Shown: positions 1 to 8,925 of the stretch, in pieces
Layout: every line of letters starts with the position of its first letter
Position numbering within the stretch: the stretch's first letter is position 1
Assembly (NCBI GenBank): GCA_009887135.1
Contig: QXYA01000095.1
Coordinates: 1,414-65,413, forward strand
Origin: Candidatus Poseidoniales archaeon
GTDB taxonomy: Archaea; Thermoplasmatota; Poseidoniia; Poseidoniales; Poseidoniaceae
DNA: 64,000 bases
Direction of reading: 5' to 3'
The notes under the pieces: generated by a model
Databases searched by the model: none
Told to the model about the DNA's origin: nothing
What the model saw: only the letters and a program-made list of their open reading frames with translations
Position numbers and translations under genes: made by a program

Positions 1-618
1 CGTATCATCGACGAACGGTCAAAGACACGCAAGAGTCGTGAACGAAATCTGGTAAAGGCTAATCAATTCATTAGGGACCGTTCTCAGTTACCAAAAGCCC
101 TTCAGGAAGAAGTTGCCCGCCTGTATCGACGGCTTTCTGACAAAGGCTATGTCACAGGCCGTTCAATAGCAGGCGTATCTGCAGCATGCACATATCTTGT
201 GGCTCGAGAGGAAAACATGCCACGTCAAATACCAGACGTTGCCGAACAATTTAGCATCGAAGAAAAGGAACTCTCACGTCTTATTCGACAAGTATCAAGA
301 ATGCTCAACATGCATTCAATCAGTTCACCTGACCAATACTTTGAGCCATTCATGTCTCAGTTAGACCTCCCACCTTCAATGAGAACACAAGTCCAACACC
401 TCTGGTCTCTCATAAAGCCTCATGAAGATGTCTGGCAAGGTAAGAAACCAATGGGCGTAGCTGCTGCTCTGATTTACAAGACTGCCAACGAATCAGGTAC
501 TCCAAGAACACAATCAGACATTTGTTCCATAGCCAACGTATCAGAAGTAACCCTTCGTGGTTTGTTACGCTTGATTGAAGGATTGCTCACTCAACTTAGC
601 AAAGGATCTCAACAATGA
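1..618 (+). CDS. tfb: Transcription initiation factor IIB (TFB) family, 5'-truncated by the window edge
   Basis: Frame is open from base 1: ...RERNLVKANQFIRDRSQLP...LYRRLSDKGYVTGRSIAGVSAACTYLVARE... followed by a second cyclin repeat GKKPMGVAAALIY...RTQSDICSIANVSEVTLR. Confidence 0.88.
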   Translation, partial: RIIDERSKTRKSRERNLVKANQFIRDRSQLPKALQEEVARLYRRLSDKGYVTGRSIAGVSAACTYLVAREENMPRQIPDVAEQFSIEEKELSRLIRQVSRMLNMHSISSPDQYFEPFMSQLDLPPSMRTQVQHLWSLIKPHEDVWQGKKPMGVAAALIYKTANESGTPRTQSDICSIANVSEVTLRGLLRLIEGLLTQLSKGSQQ

Positions 619-657
619 GAACCTAAAGTTGATGAATAGGCAATCATAGGGTCAAGC

Positions 658-930
658 ATGGGCTTCAAAGCACGTGCACGCAAGACAAAGGCTGATTCTG
701 GTAAAGATGACAAAGCAAAGGCAAAGAAAAATGCAGGTGAAACACCCTGTGCGGTGAAGTCTTGCGAAAAATGGGCTGACAAGAATCTTGGAGGACGCTC
801 ACTCTCCTTTGACGATGCTACAGAAATGTGGGGCAATGGGAGTTTCTCTTCTTCAAAGGGACGTGTGAGGGTTTGCAAGTCATGCTACAGATCCTGGAAG
901 AAGGAAACCAAGAATGATGACATGTACTGA
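658..930 (+). CDS. Small Lys-rich zinc-finger protein (conserved archaeal hypothetical)
   Basis: CAVKSC...RSLS...CKSCYRSWKK with a basic N-terminus; 90 aa. Confidence 0.75.
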   Translation: MGFKARARKTKADSGKDDKAKAKKNAGETPCAVKSCEKWADKNLGGRSLSFDDATEMWGNGSFSSSKGRVRVCKSCYRSWKKETKNDDMY

Positions 931-932
931 TG

Positions 933-998
933 TTCACTTTCACTTTTCACTTACACCTATCATAAAGCAACTATACCGTCTGCACTCAGTAGCAAGGT
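933..998 (+). promoter_or_regulatory. TTTCAC direct-repeat element upstream of ORF 999 (copy 1)
   Basis: TTCACTTTCACTTTTCACTTACAC...AAAGCAAC...; similar element at 49057. Confidence 0.45.
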
Positions 999-1598
999 AT
1001 GCGTAACCAAAGAACACCCGTTCGAAGTCTGGTCACAAGCCAGGGAACTTGTATTGCAATGGACGATGGAATGATTGTTTGGGAAACCAAACAGAATAGG
1101 AAAACACTGCGTCTGCATTGCGTCGCAACTGTGATTCTAGGAATGCAAAATGATGATGGACATGTTGAACGAATGTTTGTTGGAGATGGGAAAGGACAAC
1201 TTCATATTCTTACTGTACCAAACCTTGCTCTTGAGAAAACAGTGCCTATCGGCAACACTGCCCTACGGGCGATGTGCTCAGATTCGGAAGAGAGCCTCGC
1301 ACTTTTAATCGCTGATGCAGATGGAAAGATATGGCGTTATGATGGAAGTTCTGAGACTCAACTCTTGTTTGAAACCAAGCGATCTATCTCTTCTATACGA
1401 AGTGAACGAAATTCAATTCGTATTCAATCGGGATGGGAACAATGCACGTTCAAACGAGATGGTCTTCTACAGAATTCCCATGATGCCTCCACATCCTTTG
1501 GGGAGAACACCATGTTACGAAGGCTTAGGGAAAGGAAAAAACTTGATGAGCAAAGAGAACAAGCAGAGGCACAAGTTCGTTTGATGGTTGGAGTCTAA
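999..1598 (+). CDS. Hypothetical protein, partial WD40/beta-propeller-like with C-terminal helix
   Basis: Repeated blade-like motifs MFVGDGKGQLHIL and LLIADADGKIWRY. Confidence 0.6.
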   Translation: MRNQRTPVRSLVTSQGTCIAMDDGMIVWETKQNRKTLRLHCVATVILGMQNDDGHVERMFVGDGKGQLHILTVPNLALEKTVPIGNTALRAMCSDSEESLALLIADADGKIWRYDGSSETQLLFETKRSISSIRSERNSIRIQSGWEQCTFKRDGLLQNSHDASTSFGENTMLRRLRERKKLDEQREQAEAQVRLMVGV

Positions 1599-2359
1599 TC
1601 GCTCTGTTCTTTTTCGGTACGCGGCCAAGAAGGCACTGGATCTCGCCATAACGAAGTTGGAGCTGCTCGTGGCCAGGCTCTTGGAGAAACCCCATCATTT
1701 GCTGCAATGCCTTCCAAGACCTCACAATGATGTTGAATCGTTGAGAAGATGTGGTCTTTACCTTGTAAGATCGGTCCATGCATCGGCACGAGTTTTTCAG
1801 CACCAAGGTCTTGAATTCGCCTCAGACTTTCGATGGCTTGAATGAGATTACCAGTCGGCACGTCCCAGCGCAGAGGGCGATCTGCTCTTGGGAGCAGCGC
1901 ACCTGCTATGACCGTCTTTGCAGAGGGAATGTGTATTGAGACATTATCTGAACTCGGACCAGGAGTTTCGAGTAATTCAATAACTGATTCATCCATCATA
2001 ATGGGTTCTGAAAAGTCAATTGGTTCAGTAGATACAACTGGCATATCAGAATCATATCGATTCGCCCATGTTGTGAAAAAATCTCCACTCTCGAGGGACA
2101 TTTGAGCTGCTTCATGGATGAAAACGGGTATTCCAAATGATTCTGAAAGGGCTTTACAGCCTCCGCTGAAAGGATATCTTCTCGAAGTAAGAATGATTTT
2201 AGTAAGTGTAATCGTATCTCCGAGTTGCCCTCTAATCCGTTCTTCCTGCAGTAACTGGTACCAAGCAGTACCAGAATCAACGAGTAGAGCAGATTCCTTG
2301 CCAATGAGAAGGGTTGCATTTGCATCATGATGAATGCCAGGCAACCTCACGATGCGCAT
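1595..2359 (-). CDS. Metallo-beta-lactamase-fold protein with degenerate metal ligands
   Basis: ANATLL..ALLVDSG, ILTSRRYPFSGG (in place of HxHxDH), TPGPS, LVPMHG. Confidence 0.75.
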   Translation of the reverse strand: MRIVRLPGIHHDANATLLIGKESALLVDSGTAWYQLLQEERIRGQLGDTITLTKIILTSRRYPFSGGCKALSESFGIPVFIHEAAQMSLESGDFFTTWANRYDSDMPVVSTEPIDFSEPIMMDESVIELLETPGPSSDNVSIHIPSAKTVIAGALLPRADRPLRWDVPTGNLIQAIESLRRIQDLGAEKLVPMHGPILQGKDHIFSTIQHHCEVLEGIAANDGVSPRAWPRAAPTSLWRDPVPSWPRTEKEQSD

Positions 2360-2453
2360 AACCCTCGGATGGACTGATAGGGTTTCAAAGATGGCATCAT
2401 GAAGTGTCAGATTAGGTGGTTGCGATTAAATAGAGGAAGTTGGTCGCCATGAC

Positions 2454-2603
2454 ATGGCTAGATTCCCTGAAGCAGAAGAGCGCTTGCTTCGCGTTAAGAT
2501 TTGCATGAAGTGTAATGCTCGTAATGCTTGGAGAGCCACACGCTGCAGAAAGTGTAGCTACAAAGGGCTCCGAGCCAAAAATATGGAACGAAAGGGCGTT
2601 TGA
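2454..2603 (+). CDS. rpl40e: 50S ribosomal protein L40e (absent from ORF track, 49 aa)
   Basis: Manual translation [49 protein letters not shown]. Confidence 0.96.
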   Translation: MARFPEAEERLLRVKICMKCNARNAWRATRCRKCSYKGLRAKNMERKGV

Positions 2604-2604
2604 T

Positions 2605-3615
2605 CTAAGGTAGTAGTACTGGGATTACCAGTGCCATTGGATCACCAAACAACCACAACGGCAATATCGCTGGCCATAAGAAAAGTAACAAGGGTAGTTT
2701 CAAACTAACCCATACGTTTCCAACGCCCTCATTGTTCAACTTTTCAACATGAGATTTAACCTCATCATCTGTTGGAGATTGACGCGGTGCTCTTCTTCGA
2801 TGGTAAATTTTCAATTCACCATTTGGTAATTCCATTGTATCTGTAAGAAGCCAAGCATGCCTGTCTTGAACTGTATTAAGTGGAACTGATAGAGCAATCC
2901 AAGCCATTGTTAAATCACTAAATGACCGAATATTTCCTGATGCCAAATTGCGAATAAGCAAGATGAAAGGAATAAGTAAGAAAAATAATCCTCCCCAGAT
3001 AAGTAAACTTAACGATGGGGGAAGATGAAGAATCACTTCATCCATATACACTTCTGAATGTATAGGGAGTTCACCCCATGATGGGAACAATAGAGTGACC
3101 CACATCAGTGCCTTTGCATCTGCTCCACCATGAATGAAGCGCATTCTCCAACCTAAGTCTATCACAAAGAGAACAAAGAGAGCCCCTATGTAGGACCACC
3201 AAAGGGCTGCATCACCAGTCACATCGCCTAAGAGAACATCCAATGGATTGCTTGAAGAGAAGTGTACTGCACCTGCGACCAAACCAATAATCGAGATGAG
3301 ATACCAACCAAGAACCATTTGATCCATTCGATTTCCAGCCCTTGCATCTTTCAAAGTAGGTCTACCTATGACTGAACCACTAGCATAAGCGATGATTGCG
3401 GAGGCAGTTAGCCAGATGCTCCAATGAGCTCCTTGCATCAATAAATCAAGCGTCCAAATGAAGATAACAGGTTTGGTCCAAACAATCCAATGGTCATTTG
3501 AAACTCTTCGCTCGTTATGGTCAAACCACGCAGCCCAACCCATACAGATGATGAGAACCCCTAGTCGTGCCCAACCGAGAATGATGTCAGAATCCACATC
3601 CATTGTATTGTCCAT
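2605..3615 (-). CDS. Prepilin/prearchaellin peptidase, A24 family (FlaK/PibD-like)
   Basis: AAWFDHNERRVSN (first Asp), GGADAKAL (GxGD-like), C-terminal VWVSLKLPLLLFL; polytopic; start 3615 or 3603 more likely than 3648. Confidence 0.82.
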   Translation of the reverse strand: MDNTMDVDSDIILGWARLGVLIICMGWAAWFDHNERRVSNDHWIVWTKPVIFIWTLDLLMQGAHWSIWLTASAIIAYASGSVIGRPTLKDARAGNRMDQMVLGWYLISIIGLVAGAVHFSSSNPLDVLLGDVTGDAALWWSYIGALFVLFVIDLGWRMRFIHGGADAKALMWVTLLFPSWGELPIHSEVYMDEVILHLPPSLSLLIWGGLFFLLIPFILLIRNLASGNIRSFSDLTMAWIALSVPLNTVQDRHAWLLTDTMELPNGELKIYHRRRAPRQSPTDDEVKSHVEKLNNEGVGNVWVSLKLPLLLFLWPAILPLWLFGDPMALVIPVLLP

Positions 3616-3684
3616 GTCGCCAATGAACTTAAAGACGGCCCACAACAAGACACGAGTAGAGCGGTTTTCCGTGGAGATGGCATT

Positions 3685-3951
3685 ATGGACGTAGAAACAC
3701 GACTACAACAAGTAGCGACTGTCATCAACCAAATTGATGACCCCAAGGTTCCAAGGAACATTCGTAAACAAGCAAAAGAAACATGTGAAAACTGGTTATT
3801 GAACAAAGGAAAGAAACTCGATGTTCGCATTGCTATGTCTCAATCTAAACTTGAAGAGTTGTACGAAGACCCAAATATTCCACCAGAGTTTGGAACCCTC
3901 ATTCTCATGATCAATACTGAACTCGAGAAGATTCTAACAGAAATCCTCTGA
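3685..3951 (+). CDS. UPF0147 family protein
   Basis: DDPKVPRNIRK...LEELYEDPNIP signature. Confidence 0.85.
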   Translation: MDVETRLQQVATVINQIDDPKVPRNIRKQAKETCENWLLNKGKKLDVRIAMSQSKLEELYEDPNIPPEFGTLILMINTELEKILTEIL

Positions 3952-5382
3952 TTACTCTTCTTCATCTAGAGCATTCTTAATTCGCTCAAGAATGATACGA
4001 TTATTCTTTGTCAGTCTGCCTGAGTCAATGTTAAAACTGTTCAACTGAAGACCATAACTATCGTCAGAGAGCATATCAGTTGCTGCTTCGACATAGGTGA
4101 ATTGCTCCGGTGTGATTCTATTTCTTCGAAGGCTACGCTCGATTGCATGCTTTGCCCCTACTCTGGCCATTTCCCTATCGCTAAGCCCCAAAACACGTTG
4201 CAGTTCTTCAAGGGACCGACTTTCATGGTTCGAGATTCGACCATCCTTCATTGCCTCTTTCCAAGCCTCATCTATCGATGGAGCTCGTTCAGATAAGAGA
4301 ATAGCAATCGGTCGTGTTGGCTCAATATTTTCAAGAACAATCTTGATGATAACAGTAAATGGTATAGCAAGAATCATCCCGATGATGCCCCATACCCAGA
4401 ATGAAAAGGCAGTAACAAGAAGCAATAATACTGGAGAGAGATCCAAAGCACGGCCTGCCCATTTTGTTTCGATAATGTTTCCCCAAACTTGTTGATTGAC
4501 CAACAATAATACAGTCATTAGAATGAGAGAAAAGGCTGATGGAGCAACGATAATACCGAGAATGATTGGAGGAATTGTGGCAATGAGCGATCCGATATAT
4601 GGGACGTAGTTGAAAATGAAGGTAAGTAATGCCCATGTGAACCATAAATCAATATTAAAACTCCAAAGAATGACAGCCGTAATTACAGCGGTACCAATAC
4701 CTACGCCGGTCTTGACTACGACGTATGTATTGATGCTCTCTTGAATTTGAATTTGAACATCTTGCACCTTACCAGAAACACCACCAGGCCATGCTCTTTC
4801 AATTCTTCCAGGAAGTAGATTCGCTTCAAAGATGATGAATATAAGGAAGAAGGACACTGTAAGGCTCGTTGCAAACAGTCCACCTACGCCTGCAACAGCA
4901 TCACCAATTAAGTCCGATACCTGAGAATCTTTTGATAACAGACCCATTTCTGCCAAATCTTCAGACAAAGTTCCATTCGTTGAATTCAAAGATTCAGTTA
5001 ATGAAGAACCAACTAATGGAGCCGCCTTTATCTTCTGCCATCGTTTGTTGAGTTTACTATTATACTCCTCAATCTTGTCATCATCATTCGCTAAATCACT
5101 TGCTTGATCGTATGCGACATACCCTGCAGATACAATGACTAAGAGCATCAGCATAACCATTGTGAGATAGGATAAACCAAGGGGGAATCCATTTTTTGAG
5201 AGATAATCAGAACCGGGTTTTAGAACAAAATAAATACCCAAGGCGATAAAAAATGGTTGAAGAACTCCTTCGAGTTCAATCATCCAAATCGTGAGCACTG
5301 TCAGTAAAATGACTGCAAATGTCAAGCCACCTAGTCGACGATGGAAGGTATTGTTGTCGAAGACAGCGAGTGTATCGTCCAT
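3952..5382 (-). CDS. AI-2E family transporter with C-terminal soluble extension
   Basis: LQPFFIA..YFVLKP, FNYVPYIGS, GNIIETKWAGRALDLSP, WGIIGMILAIP. Confidence 0.88.
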   Translation of the reverse strand: MDDTLAVFDNNTFHRRLGGLTFAVILLTVLTIWMIELEGVLQPFFIALGIYFVLKPGSDYLSKNGFPLGLSYLTMVMLMLLVIVSAGYVAYDQASDLANDDDKIEEYNSKLNKRWQKIKAAPLVGSSLTESLNSTNGTLSEDLAEMGLLSKDSQVSDLIGDAVAGVGGLFATSLTVSFFLIFIIFEANLLPGRIERAWPGGVSGKVQDVQIQIQESINTYVVVKTGVGIGTAVITAVILWSFNIDLWFTWALLTFIFNYVPYIGSLIATIPPIILGIIVAPSAFSLILMTVLLLVNQQVWGNIIETKWAGRALDLSPVLLLLVTAFSFWVWGIIGMILAIPFTVIIKIVLENIEPTRPIAILLSERAPSIDEAWKEAMKDGRISNHESRSLEELQRVLGLSDREMARVGAKHAIERSLRRNRITPEQFTYVEAATDMLSDDSYGLQLNSFNIDSGRLTKNNRIILERIKNALDEEE

Positions 5383-5427
5383 ACACGGCTCTCGACCATT
5401 ACACGTTTGAATTTAACGTGATGGAAT

Positions 5428-6777
5428 TTATTCCTCAGATTGCATCCATGAAGGTCGGAATGAAACGCGTAAAGACAAAAGGAATGCGCATAACATCAGA
5501 ATTCCACAAAGATGGAAGGCTGTATGATAATCAAAGAAATCTGTCCGTCCCACTGTCTTTGTCCAAACTAATCCACCAGTGAGGGGGCCTAGAATTCGTG
5601 CAAATGAAGACAGTGATTCTTGAGCACCCATTACAGTCCCCAATTCATAGCCTTCTTGACGTGACATGGCAGTGAGCAAGGTACTTGATGAAGGTTGGAA
5701 TAAGCCATTTCCAATCGCAATGCATCCCGTGATTGGGAAGAGCCACACCCACATATAATCCGCTTGTGAATAAGGAACCATTACAAGACCAATTCCCGTT
5801 AAAACCGCTCCGAATCGTAGAATAAAGACGCTGCCGTATTTTCTCGACAAAGGCCCAATCAAGCCACCCTGAGTGAATATACCGAGTACACCAATAAGTG
5901 CAAAGATTCTACCATTATCAGCTTCATTAAATCCTAATCCACCAGATGCAGGATCCATTTGTGTATAGAGAATGAAGACTGCGTGCATAATGGTAAAACC
6001 AAACATGAAGAGGAACGTCACCCACATTACTGAACCTATTTGTTTGGTTCCAATCATGGCCTTAACGTTGCTAAATGAACTCTTCATGGTCGCTTTCCAA
6101 GAACTTGATTTATCGATTACACGTCGGTTTTCTGGTAATGACTCGGGGAGGGATTTGAATGCAAAAAGAAGAGATACAATCGACAGAACGCTTGCTAAGA
6201 CACAGGGTAACAAATAGGGATATGTTTCAAAAATAGTATCTTTGAACAAATCCCACCGTTCTGCAGGTGCAGAAAGTTCGCCACCAAGGAATGGACCAAT
6301 GGTGAATCCAAGGCCAAATGCAGCACCAATCAGGCCCATACGTGTTGCAAGTTGTTGCGGAGAACTTACATCTCCAATGTATGCCCGAGCTACTGCGATG
6401 TTTCCGTTGAATACACCAGCAAGGAAACGGGCGATGAGAGCCATGATCAAGGTATTAGCGAGCCCAAACATTGTGAAAAATACGGTATTACCAACAAGTC
6501 CAATCATGAGGACTGGTCTGCGTCCAATACGGTCGGAGAGAGCACCCCATATTGGTGAAAACAGGAATTGTGCAGCAGAGTATGAGGTCATTAAGAGACC
6601 CACCCAAATCCCTATTGAGGCAGCATCTTGTTCACCTGCTAAATCTTCAACAAGATAGGTTAGAAACGGTATGACAATTCCGAACCCAATCATGTCGATC
6701 ATGGTTACAAGAAAGAGAACAAACAAAGCGCCTTTACTCGCATCAATGCGATCGGCTGACGCTCCGTGTTCATCCAT
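5428..6777 (-). CDS. MFS transporter, TetA/DHA1-like
   Basis: DMIGFGIVIP, GALSDRIGRRPVL (motif A), GFTIGPFLGG (motif C). Confidence 0.92.
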   Translation of the reverse strand: MDEHGASADRIDASKGALFVLFLVTMIDMIGFGIVIPFLTYLVEDLAGEQDAASIGIWVGLLMTSYSAAQFLFSPIWGALSDRIGRRPVLMIGLVGNTVFFTMFGLANTLIMALIARFLAGVFNGNIAVARAYIGDVSSPQQLATRMGLIGAAFGLGFTIGPFLGGELSAPAERWDLFKDTIFETYPYLLPCVLASVLSIVSLLFAFKSLPESLPENRRVIDKSSSWKATMKSSFSNVKAMIGTKQIGSVMWVTFLFMFGFTIMHAVFILYTQMDPASGGLGFNEADNGRIFALIGVLGIFTQGGLIGPLSRKYGSVFILRFGAVLTGIGLVMVPYSQADYMWVWLFPITGCIAIGNGLFQPSSSTLLTAMSRQEGYELGTVMGAQESLSSFARILGPLTGGLVWTKTVGRTDFFDYHTAFHLCGILMLCAFLLSLRVSFRPSWMQSEE

Positions 6778-6827
6778 ATCCAAGGCGAGGAAACCCTACC
6801 TATCAAATCGATGATAAGACCAGCGTT

Positions 6828-8864
6828 CTAAATCGAGGTTGTTGGGCCTGAGAGATCGGGTGTTAAACGATCAATAACGGCACCTAATCTATCAACGAGG
6901 CTCTGTTTCTGATCGTGAGTAATCAATGCATGCTCCATTACTTCATCGAGTGTATCGACTGCAATAACTTCCACGTTTCCTTCAAATTGCTCATCCAGGA
7001 GTACGTCTTGCATGTTTGCACGTGGAATGATTACAGTCTTGACACCTGAGCGAGCAGCTGCTTCAATCTTCGCAGTTACACCACCAATTGGCAACACTTC
7101 ACCGCGAACGGAGAGTGAACCTGTCATGGCCAAATCTTGCCGGATCGGTATTGATTCAAGAGCCGATATAATCGCTGTTGCAATCGTAATTGAAGCTGAA
7201 TCACCATCGACACCATGGGTATCTACAAACTGAATGTGGATATCATAATCTGAAATATCTTTTCCAGTTAGTTTCTTGATAACTGCACTTACGTTGGTTA
7301 CACTTTCCTTGGCAAGATCACTCAAACCGCCAGTAGCGTGAATCTTTCCACCGCCACCTTGTGATGGTGTCACTAGAGCCTCAACTGGAAGCATAATACC
7401 CGAGAAATCAGAAAGACCTGAATTAGCACCAAGAACGGCTAAGCCGTTTACTCTTCCAATTCTGTTTCCAGAATTAACAATGAGAGCGTAATCTTGTCTG
7501 CGTTCAATCATTCGATCTGCAACTTGTTGTTCGAGGGGTTTTGCGATTGAACGTGCTGCAAGAACATGAGCATCAGTTACGTACGGAGCCCCATCTTCAG
7601 CTGCTAAATCACCAGCGATTCGGACCAATCCCCCGAGTTCACGCAATCGAAGTGAGAGTTTACCTCGTCGACCTGCCCGACGTTGAGCTTCTCGAAGAAT
7701 CAAAGCCACTCCAGTCTTATCGAAGTGAGGAATTTCTCTTGAACTGCCAATGTCTCGTAGAACTTCTTGACCGATGAAGCGAATCAATCGCTTTCTGTTA
7801 CGGTTTGTATCAGGCATCTCGGAATTTACGTAGACCTCATACCCATATCCACGGATACGGCTACGAAGAGCTGGGTGCATGCCTTGAATCGCATCAAGAT
7901 TACCTGCTGCAATAAGAATGAAGTCACAAGGAACTGGTTCGGTCTTCGTCAATGCTCCAGATGAGCGTTCACTGCGTCCTGAGATTGGGAAGGCACGTTC
8001 TTGCATGGCTGTAAGAAGTGCTTGCTGCTCTTCTAAGCGAAGAAGATTAATCTCGTCAATGTAGAGGACCCCTTTGTTTGCTCGATGAATTGCCCCAGGT
8101 TCGACACGGTCATGAGCAGGCGTTTCCATTCCACCTGATTGGAAAGGATCGTGACGAACATCACCGAGGAGTGAACCTGAAAGTGTTGCAGTTGCGTCAA
8201 CAAACGGGGGGAGTTCATCAGCATCATGCTTGACAAGGACCTTTGGAATTCTACCTTCATCACCAGAACCAAGTCTGCTACGGATGAACATATATCCAAA
8301 CATAAGCAAGAACATTCCAAAAAGAAGAGTAAGAATATCCCCAGTTGGAATAGCCACGATAACGAGTAGGAATGCAACAGCACCGAACCCAATGAGAAGC
8401 ATACGTTGTGCTTTCTCTTTTTGTTCACGGATTGCTTCCTTCTGGACACGGACAATGCGATCACCTCGACCAGCAGGGACTGAACGTACGCGAGGTTCGT
8501 TTTCGTCGTCCTCATTTGGATAGACAAGAACATCTTCCAGAGCGTCCCTTGGGAGTAGGTCTGTCATCGAACGAGCCAACATGGACTTCCCAGTACCTGG
8601 GTCACCAATCATGAGCATGTGACGACGTTGTTCAGCAGCTTTTCGAATAACGACTGAACCAGCCTCTTGTCCGATGACTTGATCGACCAGACGGTCAGGA
8701 ATAGGAACATCTTCAGTCGTTTCGAAACTAACTGATTCAATCCACTTGTCGATGCTCAATGTGACGACTTCATCCGTTCCATTAGAAGGCTCAGGAGCCC
8801 AGATAGTGACCGTTTCTGGGTTGTCCTCAGTAACGTCCTCAATAGGAATGTCGCCATCTGCCAT
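6828..8864 (-). CDS. lonB: Archaeal membrane-anchored ATP-dependent Lon protease (LonB)
   Basis: Walker [11 protein letters not shown] hairpin insert, LYIDEI, catalytic DGDSAS and [10 protein letters not shown]. Confidence 0.96.
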   Translation of the reverse strand: MADGDIPIEDVTEDNPETVTIWAPEPSNGTDEVVTLSIDKWIESVSFETTEDVPIPDRLVDQVIGQEAGSVVIRKAAEQRRHMLMIGDPGTGKSMLARSMTDLLPRDALEDVLVYPNEDDENEPRVRSVPAGRGDRIVRVQKEAIREQKEKAQRMLLIGFGAVAFLLVIVAIPTGDILTLLFGMFLLMFGYMFIRSRLGSGDEGRIPKVLVKHDADELPPFVDATATLSGSLLGDVRHDPFQSGGMETPAHDRVEPGAIHRANKGVLYIDEINLLRLEEQQALLTAMQERAFPISGRSERSSGALTKTEPVPCDFILIAAGNLDAIQGMHPALRSRIRGYGYEVYVNSEMPDTNRNRKRLIRFIGQEVLRDIGSSREIPHFDKTGVALILREAQRRAGRRGKLSLRLRELGGLVRIAGDLAAEDGAPYVTDAHVLAARSIAKPLEQQVADRMIERRQDYALIVNSGNRIGRVNGLAVLGANSGLSDFSGIMLPVEALVTPSQGGGGKIHATGGLSDLAKESVTNVSAVIKKLTGKDISDYDIHIQFVDTHGVDGDSASITIATAIISALESIPIRQDLAMTGSLSVRGEVLPIGGVTAKIEAAARSGVKTVIIPRANMQDVLLDEQFEGNVEVIAVDTLDEVMEHALITHDQKQSLVDRLGAVIDRLTPDLSGPTTSI

Positions 8865-8870
8865 GAATAT

Positions 8871-8888
8871 TCCTCACCTTCCTCCCCT
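8871..8888 (-). promoter_or_regulatory. Shine-Dalgarno-like site for lonB
   Basis: Minus strand reads GGGGAGGAAGGTGAGGAA shortly before the ATG. Confidence 0.55.
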
Positions 8889-8925
8889 TTAGGACTTTAG
8901 CATCCACCATAGATGCAAGAGAGAC

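Noticed and set aside
6828-8864. Inteins in LonB (also checked in RFC-S at 48096-49052)
   Set aside because: Both proteins are normal length with contiguous motifs
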